From the NCBI GenBank assembly GCA_016188495.1, contig JACPHU010000002.1:7363-71362 (forward strand): a DNA stretch of 64,000 nucleotides, read 5' to 3'. The notes below the pieces were generated by a model. It did not search any database. It was not told where the DNA came from and worked only from the letters and a program-made list of their open reading frames with translations. The position numbers and the translations under genes are program-made. This document shows positions 11,906 through 21,050 of this stretch, one piece after another; the first letter of the stretch is position 1, and every line of letters begins with the position of its first letter. The stretch is from Candidatus Uhrbacteria bacterium. Lineage in GTDB: Bacteria > Patescibacteriota > Patescibacteriia > UBA9934 > GWF2-40-263.

Positions 11906-12823
11906 TTAAATTTCGATGCTCATCACACGATCGTCTTGATGTAAATCCTGGTGTGTTTTTATTCGCGCTTCTGGGAAATTGTGTAAGACCATTTTTTCCG
12001 CTCGAGGACGTTGTTCAGGATCGATCTCTATGAACACAAGTATTTCGCGAGGAAGAACCACTTGATGGGTTCTAAGTTGTCGGAACAGTTCCCAGTAAGC
12101 ATCTAATCCATCTACGCCAGATACCAAGGCAAGCCGAGGTTCGAATTTTTGGACTTCCGGTTGGAGTGTTTCCATGCGATGTTCTGCCAGATAGGGGAGG
12201 TTTGCCGTGATAACAAGAGTTTTGAATGGATAGACAGAGGAAGTCTGTCTATTTTTTTGAGCCCGGATCATTTTAAATAATTTAATGAGAGGCTCTGCTA
12301 GATTTCCGCATTGGAATTCAACCGCATTTTCTGGAATAAGTTTTGCGGCGTTTTGTTCGGCTATGAAGAGAGCGTTGGAATCAATATCGGTTGCTATTAC
12401 AGGTCGTTGGGTTTCGGCCGCAATCGTGATCGCGATAGCGCCCGAACCTGTTCCAATATCAGCAACGAGTGTGCGTTCAGGATCCTTTTCTTGAAGGGCT
12501 GCCAGAACATGCTCAACGAGGATTTCTGTTTCTGGGCGCGGAATTAACACATGAGTGCTGACCTCAAATTCTCGGCCATAGAAGGCTTTTTTTCCTATGA
12601 GATAGGCGACAGGTTCCCGGGAGGCTCGCCGGCTCACCAACTCACAAAAACGTTCGTGATGATGAGTCTTGAGAGGTTCATTGAATCGTGAAAAGAGTTT
12701 TGCTTTAGATATTTCTAAGACAAATGCAAGGAGAATCTCTGCATCCAACATGGGTGAATCGACGTTTGATTTGCGCAACTTGTTATTCGCCCATTGAAGG
12801 GCTTCCATGATTGTCATAAGCAC
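11906..12823 (-). CDS. prmC: release factor glutamine N5-methyltransferase PrmC/HemK
   Basis: DIGTGSGAIAI SAM motif, NLPY variant of the NPPY motif; directly downstream of prfA. Confidence 0.8.
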   Translation of the reverse strand: MLMTIMEALQWANNKLRKSNVDSPMLDAEILLAFVLEISKAKLFSRFNEPLKTHHHERFCELVSRRASREPVAYLIGKKAFYGREFEVSTHVLIPRPETEILVEHVLAALQEKDPERTLVADIGTGSGAIAITIAAETQRPVIATDIDSNALFIAEQNAAKLIPENAVEFQCGNLAEPLIKLFKMIRAQKNRQTSSVYPFKTLVITANLPYLAEHRMETLQPEVQKFEPRLALVSGVDGLDAYWELFRQLRTHQVVLPREILVFIEIDPEQRPRAEKMVLHNFPEARIKTHQDLHQDDRVMSIEI

Positions 12824-12833
12824 TTCCTTTTAT

Positions 12834-13016
12834 TGAGATTCTTGTAAAACTCGATGAGATTGTCTGCCTACCGGCAGGTAGGCCTTGAATGGGCTGCCCG
12901 CCCGACCGTCGAACGTTCGTTCGGGCGGGTCGAGTACCGAGAACCCTATTCACATAGGGAGAACGGGATCGACGGGCGCCCGTGAAAGGCAAGATCGCGA
13001 GTTTTACAAGAATCTT
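12834..13016. repeat. family-1 palindromic MITE-like repeat, long form (copy B)
   Basis: perfect 18-bp TIR agattcttgtaaaactcg/cgagttttacaagaatct; contains the 35-nt gcccgcccga...cgggcggg module; abuts the prfA stop and prmC leader. Confidence 0.85.
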
Positions 13017-14089
13017 TATTCTTTTTGCGACAAGGCTTCCGTGATCTCTGCACGTTTGAGATCGTTGATGATTTCATCCAAATTTCCATTCATAATAGAA
13101 GGAATATTATGAAAGTTCTGATTGATTCTGTGATCAGTAATGCGATCTTGGGGAAAATTGTAGGTTCTGATTTTTTCTGATCGATCTCCGGTTCCGATCT
13201 GTCCACGTCTTGCATCCTCTCGTTCTTTACGTGCACGTTCTTGTTCTACGGCATAGACACGCGCTCGGATAATAGAGAGCGCTCGTTCTTTATTTTGTTT
13301 TTGAGAACGTTCTTCCTGACAGTACACCATGATGCCTGTAGGAATGTGGGTGATACGTACCGCGGAATAGGTGGTGTTCACGCTTTGTCCTCCCGCCCCT
13401 GTTGAGGTTGTCGCTTCGATTTTTAAATCTTGTGGCTGGATGTCGATATCAACTTCTTCTACTTCGGGGAGAATAGCTACCGTGACCGTAGATGTGTGGA
13501 CTCGTCCCTGTTTTTCTGTTTCTGGAACACGCTGAACTCGATGAACTCCGCTTTCATATTTGAGGCGGCTATAGGCGTTTTGACCTTTGATCTGTACCAC
13601 AACTTCCTTAAAGCCGTTTACATCGCTTCTATTGGCAGAAATCAATTCCGTTTTCCATCCGTGGGATTCTGCGTACAAGGTGTAACAACGCAAGAGCTCT
13701 GAAGCAAATAACGAAGATTCATCGCCTCCAGCGCCTGCGCGAATTTCCACGATCACATTTTTCTTATCCATGGGATCAGGGGGAATGAGGGCGACGGTGA
13801 GTTCTTGTTCTAGTGTTGGAATATGTGTTTCGAGTTCTTTTAATTCCTCTTCAGCCAGAAGGACAAGATCCTCGTCTTTGGTTGTAGCGAGTGTTTCTTT
13901 GGCCCCTTCAAGATCTCGCATCGCTTTGGTATAACGCTCTCCAATTTCAACGATTTCTTTTTCGTGAGCGTACGCTTCGTTGACTTCACGAATTTTTTGG
14001 GGACTTGAAAGAACCTCTTGTGAGGATAGTTTGGATTCAAGTTCTTTTAATCGTTCTTGATGATTGTTGAGTTGTTCAATGAGGTTCAT
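13016..14089 (-). CDS. prfA: peptide chain release factor 1
   Basis: GGQ motif ([10 protein letters not shown]), PxT-type tripeptide (PET) and RF1 domain order. Confidence 0.92.
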   Translation of the reverse strand: MNLIEQLNNHQERLKELESKLSSQEVLSSPQKIREVNEAYAHEKEIVEIGERYTKAMRDLEGAKETLATTKDEDLVLLAEEELKELETHIPTLEQELTVALIPPDPMDKKNVIVEIRAGAGGDESSLFASELLRCYTLYAESHGWKTELISANRSDVNGFKEVVVQIKGQNAYSRLKYESGVHRVQRVPETEKQGRVHTSTVTVAILPEVEEVDIDIQPQDLKIEATTSTGAGGQSVNTTYSAVRITHIPTGIMVYCQEERSQKQNKERALSIIRARVYAVEQERARKEREDARRGQIGTGDRSEKIRTYNFPQDRITDHRINQNFHNIPSIMNGNLDEIINDLKRAEITEALSQKE

Positions 14090-14111
14090 ATCTCTCTAAC
14101 TGTATCTAATC

Positions 14112-14148
14112 AAAAAGCGTTCTTCAATTCGAAGAACGCTTTTTTTTC
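14112..14148 (-). terminator. rho-independent terminator of rpmE (bidirectional)
   Basis: gcgttcttc/gaagaacgc 9-bp stem with A5 and T8 flanks. Confidence 0.6.
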
Positions 14149-14152
14149 TTGC

Positions 14153-14446
14153 TTAACTTTCAATCTTTTCTTTTTCTTCCCGTTTGGTCACTTTTTGAGC
14201 GTGGCGCTTTTGCGCTTTTGCTTTTTTCCCTGTGCTACTGGCTGTTTTTTGTGTAAGACGTTCCTGGAATTTCTCTACACGACGAGCCGTATCGAGAATT
14301 TTTTGTTTACCGGTATAGAATGGATGGCACTGCGCACACAATTCCGTCTGAATTTCGTTACTTGTTGAACCAATCGTGTAGACGGCCCCACAAGCGCACG
14401 TAATCGTCGCGTTATCTGTGTAATTTGGATGGATTCCTTTTTTCAT
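14153..14446 (-). CDS. rpmE: 50S ribosomal protein L31 (zinc-ribbon type) with Lys-rich C-terminal tail
   Basis: MKKGIHPNY start, CxC...CxxC Zn ligands, HPFYTGKQ motif. Confidence 0.88.
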   Translation of the reverse strand: MKKGIHPNYTDNATITCACGAVYTIGSTSNEIQTELCAQCHPFYTGKQKILDTARRVEKFQERLTQKTASSTGKKAKAQKRHAQKVTKREEKEKIES

Positions 14447-14553
14447 AGTGATTGCACGCTTTGTATACGTGCTGGTTAATTTGACCGCTGGAGAATACCA
14501 ATCAGCGTTCTATTTGTCAATCCTTATAGAGTATCGCATGATGGTGTTTACGT

Positions 14554-15624
14554 ATGTCTACCCCCACTTCTTTTTTCGATTATCACCTTCCAAAAGAGTT
14601 GATTGCTCAATCTTCCATAGAGCCACGCGATCATTCTCGTTTGATGTTGATTGACCGAAAGACTGGTCGTTGGCAGCATAAGCTATTTTACGAAATTCTC
14701 CATGAGTTATATGGCGGGGATGTGCTTGTAATGAACAACACAAAAGTGTTTCGAGCTAGGTTGCAAGCCGTTGTTCATGGAAGGAGAATTGAGTTATTTC
14801 TTCTTCGTCCGCGAGAAGACGGTGTGTGGGACGCGCTTGTGAAACCAGGGAAGTATGTAAACGTAGGCGATATTGTTGAGTTGGGAGAAATACAGGGAGA
14901 TGTTTTAAGTAAGACCGACGTCGTGCGCATTCGGTTTAATCAATCCGATACGCAGGTTATTGAGTATGCGAACGCACATGGAGAGATTCCCATTCCACCT
15001 TACGTAGAAGAAATTCCGTCGCGGCTGGATCAGTATCAGACGGTCTATGCCCAAGAAACAGGTTCTGTGGCTGCTCCCACCGCTGGATTTCATTTCACGA
15101 AAGAGTTGTTAGAGAAGATTCAAGAGAAAGGAATCGAGATTCACTATGTCACCCTTCATGTAGGCCTTGGAACGTTTCGTCCTATGAAAAGCCCTACGAT
15201 TGAAGAGCATCAAATGCATAGTGAATTTGTCAGCATCGATCCCAGCGTGGCGCAAGCTATCAATCAAGCAAAAGAAGAGGGAAGGCGTGTCATCGCCGTT
15301 GGAACGACAACTGTGAGAACTTTAGAAGGCGTGGCAGCGCAGGATGCTGATATGCGCATTTCAAACGTTATACCGGTTTTGCCTTCCAAAGGTTTTTCAG
15401 GAGACATCAATATTTTTATCACACCCGGATTTCGTTTCCGTGTTGTTGATGCTCTCATCACCAATTTTCATCTTCCTAAATCTACGTTACTGGTCTTGGT
15501 AAGCGCATTCGCCGGGCGCGAACGAATGCTCGCTGCGTATCAAGAGGCCGTTGACCAGAACTATCGATTCTTTTCTTTTGGAGACGCAATGTTTCTTTAT
15601 GGAAAAGACGAGATACATGGGTAA
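14554..15624 (+). CDS. queA: S-adenosylmethionine:tRNA ribosyltransferase-isomerase
   Basis: FDYHLPKELIAQ...HSRLM N-terminus and C-terminal FFSFGDAM region typical of QueA. Confidence 0.88.
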   Translation: MSTPTSFFDYHLPKELIAQSSIEPRDHSRLMLIDRKTGRWQHKLFYEILHELYGGDVLVMNNTKVFRARLQAVVHGRRIELFLLRPREDGVWDALVKPGKYVNVGDIVELGEIQGDVLSKTDVVRIRFNQSDTQVIEYANAHGEIPIPPYVEEIPSRLDQYQTVYAQETGSVAAPTAGFHFTKELLEKIQEKGIEIHYVTLHVGLGTFRPMKSPTIEEHQMHSEFVSIDPSVAQAINQAKEEGRRVIAVGTTTVRTLEGVAAQDADMRISNVIPVLPSKGFSGDINIFITPGFRFRVVDALITNFHLPKSTLLVLVSAFAGRERMLAAYQEAVDQNYRFFSFGDAMFLYGKDEIHG

Positions 15625-15670
15625 TACTTGGAGAGATTTTAAATGATCAAAAGGGATAAATAAATGAAAC

Positions 15671-17659
15671 ATGATGAGTATGTTAAAGGAAAATACCAAG
15701 CATTCCTTCCCGTTTTTTGAAGATGCTTATGGAGATTGGGAAACGGATATGGAAGAGCAAAAACATCCACAAAAAAATACCTTAGAAATCGAAAAAAAAC
15801 TTGAAGGTTTGGAATGGGTCGCAAATCCTCCGCTTGAGAACACATCGTTCGTTTATTCTGTACCGATACGTGGAGAATGGAATAATGGCCAAGCGGCTCG
15901 CCTGCTCCAAGGGATGTTGGCACAGCGTATCGCGCCCGGGCAAGCACTTGAAGTAAATTTGTTTGCTAATATTAGCGGTTTATCATCGGGAATAGAGATT
16001 AAAGATGCAGGATCACTTGAAAAGGTGAGAGAAACCGGCGAGGTTGTTCAATTCATACGGGATATCGTGGATGTGCAGAGACTTGCACGGGAGGCCAATC
16101 GCGCTAGATCACGTGCAGACAAAAAAATAAAAAAACAAGAACTCGAACAAAAGATTCAATCCATCCCCGATCCTCTTTCACGTGAACTTCTTCGTCAATC
16201 AGCCGTACGAGCAGAACAGATTTCTATCGCGCTTGTGGATGCTCAGAAGGTTGAAGTGCCCAACATCGGACATGCGCGTACCCTTGGGATTGATGCTGTT
16301 TATGCTCGTTTCCAAAACAATAAAAACATCGTTGTATCGCTTTTTGATGCTGATACAGTACCGCTTGATAATCATACGGTGCAGCAATTGCAAGCGTTGT
16401 ATGCGACCAATCCACGTCTCATGTATGTTTTTTCTTCGATGTCTGACCAAGCCAAAGGAACCAACCGTACTGTCGTCAGTAATACAACCATGGGTCGGCA
16501 TATTTCCTATAACACCACGTGGGGGCATGGGAGTCCGCAAATTTCCTTCCGTCTCCATGCCTATGAGACGCTCAATCGCATAAAAAAATTTGGAATCATC
16601 GGTGACGAAGATCGTGATACGGCTGTGCGATTGGCCTACCATTTCAACGACCTCCAAGACGGTCTTTTGTTTGAATCTAGTCAAATTGCCAATATTGATT
16701 CTTCCCCGCGTGTGCTTACGGCCGATCGCATAGATGGTTTTGTTGACGGTTACGGAGAGCGACATGGCGGTTCGCCTGAAAATATTTTAAATAATAATAT
16801 CAAGGATATTTGGTCATGGCGCAAAAAACTTCTTGAGAAAATCGATCAGCTCCCCGCACAACAAAAAGCAATCACGCTTCGTGTGTTGGAACAGGCACGG
16901 GAAACGGAACTTCACCGGGAAAAAGTACAACAACGGCTCAATAAAACCGTGGTTCGCAGTCTGTTGCGTGCGCACGAGCAAGGGTGGGTCACGATGAGCG
17001 ACCAGGGTCAGAAACTCGTTGTGAATGAAGAGAAAGTATTAGGTTTGCCCGGAGGAAAAGCGTTGACGCATTTTTTGCGCATGAACCGACCTTTGGTTCT
17101 GGATGTTCTTCAGTCACCTGAGGATCTTCAGTGTCTTTCGTATTACACAGGTCTTACGAAGGCCTTTCCTGAACAGATTAAAACGCTTTCCCCGCTCCAA
17201 CATGCATTTCGGGAATACTTGGGCGACGTCGAAGATTTAGGCGCCTCACCTGATTTGCAGGTGAGACACAAAGAAACATTTGATCCAAACGAATACGCCA
17301 ATGTAGAGACGGTCGAAGATAAACGACTGATCGAATCTAAACTTTCGTTTTGGCATGGCATGACCGCGGAATTGCTCGCTTTTGCCCATGTGGATCGAAC
17401 GCTCTTCCAGTCCGCAGCCTTTGCAGAGTATCAAAAACAGTCCAGTCATTGGAATCCGGAAACAAAACAAGAGTTTCACCGACAAGATCGTCTTGGATCC
17501 GATGCCGAGGCGGCCTTTGCGGCACGAATAGATGAAATGACACAACGACATGGGGAACAGGTGCGTACGCAAGAGAAAAAAGCCGAAGAACATTCATTCG
17601 TAAAATTTCTCTCCCGTTTTCTACCTTTCGCCGCCTTGCTTTATCGATTCAAGAATTAA
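15671..17659 (+). CDS. large hypothetical protein (662 aa)
   Basis: long uninterrupted ORF with normal composition; no recognised motifs. Confidence 0.5.
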   Translation: MMSMLKENTKHSFPFFEDAYGDWETDMEEQKHPQKNTLEIEKKLEGLEWVANPPLENTSFVYSVPIRGEWNNGQAARLLQGMLAQRIAPGQALEVNLFANISGLSSGIEIKDAGSLEKVRETGEVVQFIRDIVDVQRLAREANRARSRADKKIKKQELEQKIQSIPDPLSRELLRQSAVRAEQISIALVDAQKVEVPNIGHARTLGIDAVYARFQNNKNIVVSLFDADTVPLDNHTVQQLQALYATNPRLMYVFSSMSDQAKGTNRTVVSNTTMGRHISYNTTWGHGSPQISFRLHAYETLNRIKKFGIIGDEDRDTAVRLAYHFNDLQDGLLFESSQIANIDSSPRVLTADRIDGFVDGYGERHGGSPENILNNNIKDIWSWRKKLLEKIDQLPAQQKAITLRVLEQARETELHREKVQQRLNKTVVRSLLRAHEQGWVTMSDQGQKLVVNEEKVLGLPGGKALTHFLRMNRPLVLDVLQSPEDLQCLSYYTGLTKAFPEQIKTLSPLQHAFREYLGDVEDLGASPDLQVRHKETFDPNEYANVETVEDKRLIESKLSFWHGMTAELLAFAHVDRTLFQSAAFAEYQKQSSHWNPETKQEFHRQDRLGSDAEAAFAARIDEMTQRHGEQVRTQEKKAEEHSFVKFLSRFLPFAALLYRFKN

Positions 17660-17677
17660 ATAGGGATAGAGAACTCT

Positions 17678-17712
17678 GCCGTTCCTGCACAAAGGAACGG
17701 TTTTATTTTTTA
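17678..17712 (+). terminator. rho-independent terminator after ORF 15671-17659
   Basis: ccgttcct/aggaacgg stem followed by ttttatttttt. Confidence 0.6.
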
Positions 17713-17746
17713 CTAAAAGAGTAAATGTTTATAGAATGAGTTTTAT

Positions 17747-19279
17747 ATGCGAAGAAGTTTTGAACAATCATTAGGAGGTTATAACGAAATTGCTCGACAA
17801 TACGAACAGGCAAAAAAAGAGGCGGGGTTTATTGAGGCTGAGCGGATGGCCCACGTCGTAGATTTTCGTTTGGATCAGGAAGCACGTCGAAATAGGACAG
17901 ATAAACAAACCCAAGAAGCGGTTCTTGAAACACAAAAATATAAACAGGAAATCATGACCGCTTTGCACGAGCGTTTTAAAGCCATTGAGCGTAAGGAACA
18001 ACAGGAGGTTCGTAAGGGTCAGCGTCTAATTACCATGAAGGAAGGGAAATTCGTTTGGGATGCGGGGACAGATAAAGGAGAAATTCAGGTGACCCTTGGT
18101 GAATTGCTGACAGACCAGGAATGGGGAGTCGAGTACGTCTTAGACATGGAAAGTGTACCTCGACAGATTCAAAAGCGTTTTGCGGTAGAACAGGCAAAGT
18201 TTCAATTAAGAGAGTTGCTCAATGAGCAGATCATCCTCAATGAGACCGGGAGAACGGATACCCCTTACTATTTGCACGATATCTATAATCAACTTGCTCA
18301 GAAGACAGGCGAAACACAATCAGGTTTTTTAGCCGAACGAGGCGTGAGGACCTTTTTAAAAAAGATGGTGATCGATTACGGGTTACCCGTTGAGATTATT
18401 GATGCGGATGTTTTTCAGGATGTAATGGAGAAAATCGATTTTTCCATTCGTTCAAATACGCGCCATCGCGGAGTAGAAGTCGAACCCGGATCTGAACATC
18501 AAAAATATTTGGGATTTCAATTTACGACATTGGATCCGCGTTCAAGTGAACCCGAGGCTGTGCAACGTCTGGAAAAGAAAAAGAAACAAATCAAAGACGT
18601 AAAACAGAGATTGGATCTTGAGGTTGATGATATCTTGCTTATCACGGTTCCTTCCAGGGTCTATGGGTGGGCTTTCAGAAGCTGGAAGGAATCCGGGTCC
18701 CCGCCAGGGGGTCCGGATCGTTTGTGGCCAAAGGAGGTTCGTATTCAGATTCTGCATTATGCCCTCGTGAATTTTATTGGTGAAGAACAGGCGGATCAAT
18801 TTGCCGCTCGAGTATTAGGAATCCAACAGAAAGATGTCCAGAAAATCTTTTCGCAAACACAAGAGGGATACGTGCAAGAGAGGACAGGTGGGGCAACAGA
18901 GGAGTCAAAAGACCGTTCGAGGTTTTCTGTTATGGGGTCTAGACGTTTTTCTGTGGCTCCACAACTAGTAGCCGCTCTTTCCGCTATGCAAAAAAGAGCC
19001 TCTGGAAAGCGTGATATGCAAGTGAAATTTCAAGAGAGCATTGATTCTTCTGAACAAAGAAAGACACAACGAGATTACAAAGGGATAAAAGCTAGCGAAC
19101 TTTTTGATCGTTTAAATAGAGTGTTGTCAGAAGCAGGTCTAAGAGAGATTGATCCAGAACAGGCAGATTCTATTCCACCCGAATTATCAGATTTTCTATC
19201 CAAAGCGGCATCTTATTCTGACCCTCGTGTGCGTAAGGATTTCGTGATCAATAAATTATTTCCGTCCAGATCGGGATAA
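17747..19279 (+). CDS. large hypothetical protein (510 aa)
   Basis: long ORF; Lys/Glu/Arg-rich; no recognised motifs. Confidence 0.5.
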   Translation: MRRSFEQSLGGYNEIARQYEQAKKEAGFIEAERMAHVVDFRLDQEARRNRTDKQTQEAVLETQKYKQEIMTALHERFKAIERKEQQEVRKGQRLITMKEGKFVWDAGTDKGEIQVTLGELLTDQEWGVEYVLDMESVPRQIQKRFAVEQAKFQLRELLNEQIILNETGRTDTPYYLHDIYNQLAQKTGETQSGFLAERGVRTFLKKMVIDYGLPVEIIDADVFQDVMEKIDFSIRSNTRHRGVEVEPGSEHQKYLGFQFTTLDPRSSEPEAVQRLEKKKKQIKDVKQRLDLEVDDILLITVPSRVYGWAFRSWKESGSPPGGPDRLWPKEVRIQILHYALVNFIGEEQADQFAARVLGIQQKDVQKIFSQTQEGYVQERTGGATEESKDRSRFSVMGSRRFSVAPQLVAALSAMQKRASGKRDMQVKFQESIDSSEQRKTQRDYKGIKASELFDRLNRVLSEAGLREIDPEQADSIPPELSDFLSKAASYSDPRVRKDFVINKLFPSRSG

Positions 19280-19405
19280 AGTCTGTTTATTTCTTGACCT
19301 TTCTCCTTTATTTCTGTAGAGTCCGATCATAATTTATCTATACAGGTGGAATAACCAATAACCAGTTCCTCCCGCTTATCGGGTCTGGTATTGCCACTGA
19401 CGTTA

Positions 19406-19568
19406 GAGACCTCTACAAAACTCGCGATCTTGCCTTTCACAGGCGCCCGTCGATCCCGTTCTCCCTATGATGAATAGGGTTCTCGGGATTCGACCTGCCC
19501 GAACGAACGTTCGACGGTCGGGCGGGCAGCCCGTTCAAGGCAATCTCATCGAGTTTTACAGAGGTCTC
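19406..19568. repeat. family-1 palindromic MITE-like repeat, long form, inverted orientation (copy C)
   Basis: 19-bp TIR gagacctctacaaaactcg/cgagttttacagaggtctc (1 mismatch); internal ccctatgatgaataggg hairpin and the 35-nt GC module; ends 18 nt before the rpsB start. Confidence 0.85.
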
Positions 19569-19586
19569 ATAAAAGGAAATCAATTT

Positions 19587-20357
19587 ATGGCGAATCTCCC
19601 TTCTTTAGTAGACATGCTCAAATCGGGCATGCACTTTGGTCACACCACTAGTCGCTGGCATCCAAAAATGAGTAAATTTATTTTTGGTTCCCGACAAGGT
19701 GTTCACATTATCAATTTAGAAAAAACACAAGAATATCTTCAAGAAGCTTTAGAAACCGTGAAAGGTATCACTGCTCGTGGGGGCATTGTCTTATTTGTCG
19801 GAACCAAGCTTCAGGCAAAAGCCAATATTCAAAAATATGCGCAAGCCTGCGAAATGCCTTACGTGGTTAACCGTTGGCTTGGAGGAACGCTGACCAACTT
19901 TGATCAGATCAAGAAGACTCTGAAAAAGATGAAGACCTTGAAAGATCAGCGCGATAAAGGTGAGTTGAAAAAATATACCAAGAAAGAACAGCTCATGATT
20001 TCTCGTGAGATCGAAGAAATGGAAGACAAGCTTGGTGGTATGCAACAAGTCACTCGTACGCCAGACGCTATTTTCATTATTGATGTACGAACAGAAAAAA
20101 CAGCTTTGAAAGAAGCTGTGGTGACTGGAATTCCTGTGATTGCTTTGTGCGACACTAACGTGAATCCGGATGGGGTGACCAGAATCATTCCTGGAAATGA
20201 TGACGCGGTAAAGTCCATTGAACTTGTGTGTAAATTAGTCTGTGACGCGGTGAAAGAAGGAAAATCTTCAGCAGCGAAAGTGGCTGCCGATGCTCGTGCG
20301 AAAACCGTTAAAAAAACGTCTGAGACAACCTCTGCAAAAACCTCAGCCGCTTCTTAA
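19587..20357 (+). CDS. rpsB: 30S ribosomal protein S2
   Basis: MANLPSLVDMLKSGMHFGHTTSRWHPKM is a classic S2 N-terminus; the track ORF start at 19467 lies inside the repeat, so trimmed to ATG 19587 with an aaaaggaaa RBS. Confidence 0.92.
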   Translation: MANLPSLVDMLKSGMHFGHTTSRWHPKMSKFIFGSRQGVHIINLEKTQEYLQEALETVKGITARGGIVLFVGTKLQAKANIQKYAQACEMPYVVNRWLGGTLTNFDQIKKTLKKMKTLKDQRDKGELKKYTKKEQLMISREIEEMEDKLGGMQQVTRTPDAIFIIDVRTEKTALKEAVVTGIPVIALCDTNVNPDGVTRIIPGNDDAVKSIELVCKLVCDAVKEGKSSAAKVAADARAKTVKKTSETTSAKTSAAS

Positions 20358-20384
20358 TTTATTCATTTCTGTTCTTTAAACTGT

Positions 20385-20972
20385 ATGAACATTGACGCAA
20401 AGCTTGTGGCGCAGCTTCGTTCCATGACGAGTGCTGGAATGATGGATGCAAAAAAAGCCTTAGAGGAATCTTCCGGTGATTTAGAAAAAGCGGTACAGAT
20501 CCTTCGAGAGAAGGGGATTGCCAAAGCGGCAAAAAAAGCTGACCGTGAAACCAACGAAGGTCGCGTGCACTGCTATATTCATTCAAATGCAAAATTAGGA
20601 GCGATGGTAGAAATATTGTGTGAAACAGATTTTGTCGCACGCAACGAAGCCTTCATCGATTTTTGTAACGATATCGCTTTGCACGTGAGTGCTTCTGATC
20701 CGCTTTATCTCACTCGCGCAGATGTCCCTACGGACGTGATTGAAAAAGAAAAAGAAATTTATACGAAAGAAATGGAGAATCAGGCCAAACCCGCAGAGGT
20801 GATTGCAAAAATTGTGGAAGGGAAATTGAATAAATGGTATTCCAACATTGTATTAATGGAACAACCTTTCATCAAAGACGAAGACAAAACGATTGAAGAG
20901 TATCTCAAGGAAAAAATTTCTTCTTTGGGAGAGAATATGCAAATCAAACGTTTTTCTCGATTCGTTATCTAG
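20385..20972 (+). CDS. tsf: elongation factor Ts (short form)
   Basis: LRSMTSAGMMDAKKALEES...TDFVARNE motifs; 195 aa; adjacent to rpsB. Confidence 0.88.
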   Translation: MNIDAKLVAQLRSMTSAGMMDAKKALEESSGDLEKAVQILREKGIAKAAKKADRETNEGRVHCYIHSNAKLGAMVEILCETDFVARNEAFIDFCNDIALHVSASDPLYLTRADVPTDVIEKEKEIYTKEMENQAKPAEVIAKIVEGKLNKWYSNIVLMEQPFIKDEDKTIEEYLKEKISSLGENMQIKRFSRFVI

Positions 20973-20996
20973 AAACAGGGCTTATGCCCTGTTTTT
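20973..20996 (+). terminator. rho-independent terminator after tsf
   Basis: cagggc ttat gccctg stem followed by ttttt. Confidence 0.55.
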
Positions 20997-21050
20997 GGTT
21001 GTTGTTTCAAAAAATGTTAAAATAAGAAAAATATTTTTCTTAATTTTTTT

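Noticed and set aside
13016-14089. Checked the release factor gene for a programmed +1 frameshift.
   Set aside because: The protein has the RF1 PxT (PET) motif, not the RF2 SPF motif. It is one uninterrupted ORF adjacent to prmC, so it is prfA, which is not frameshifted.
19467-19586. N-terminal extension of the rpsB ORF (MMNRVLGIRPARTNVRRSGGQP...). Similar peptides appear in ORF 12783-12992 (minus strand) and ORF 37749-38174 (minus strand).
   Set aside because: These peptides are translations of the family-1 repeat itself (the cccgaacgaacgttcgacggtcgggcgggcag module), so the same motif recurs wherever the repeat is. The true rpsB start is ATG 19587, which gives the canonical S2 N-terminus and has an RBS. 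These are ORF-caller artefacts, not a repeated protein domain.
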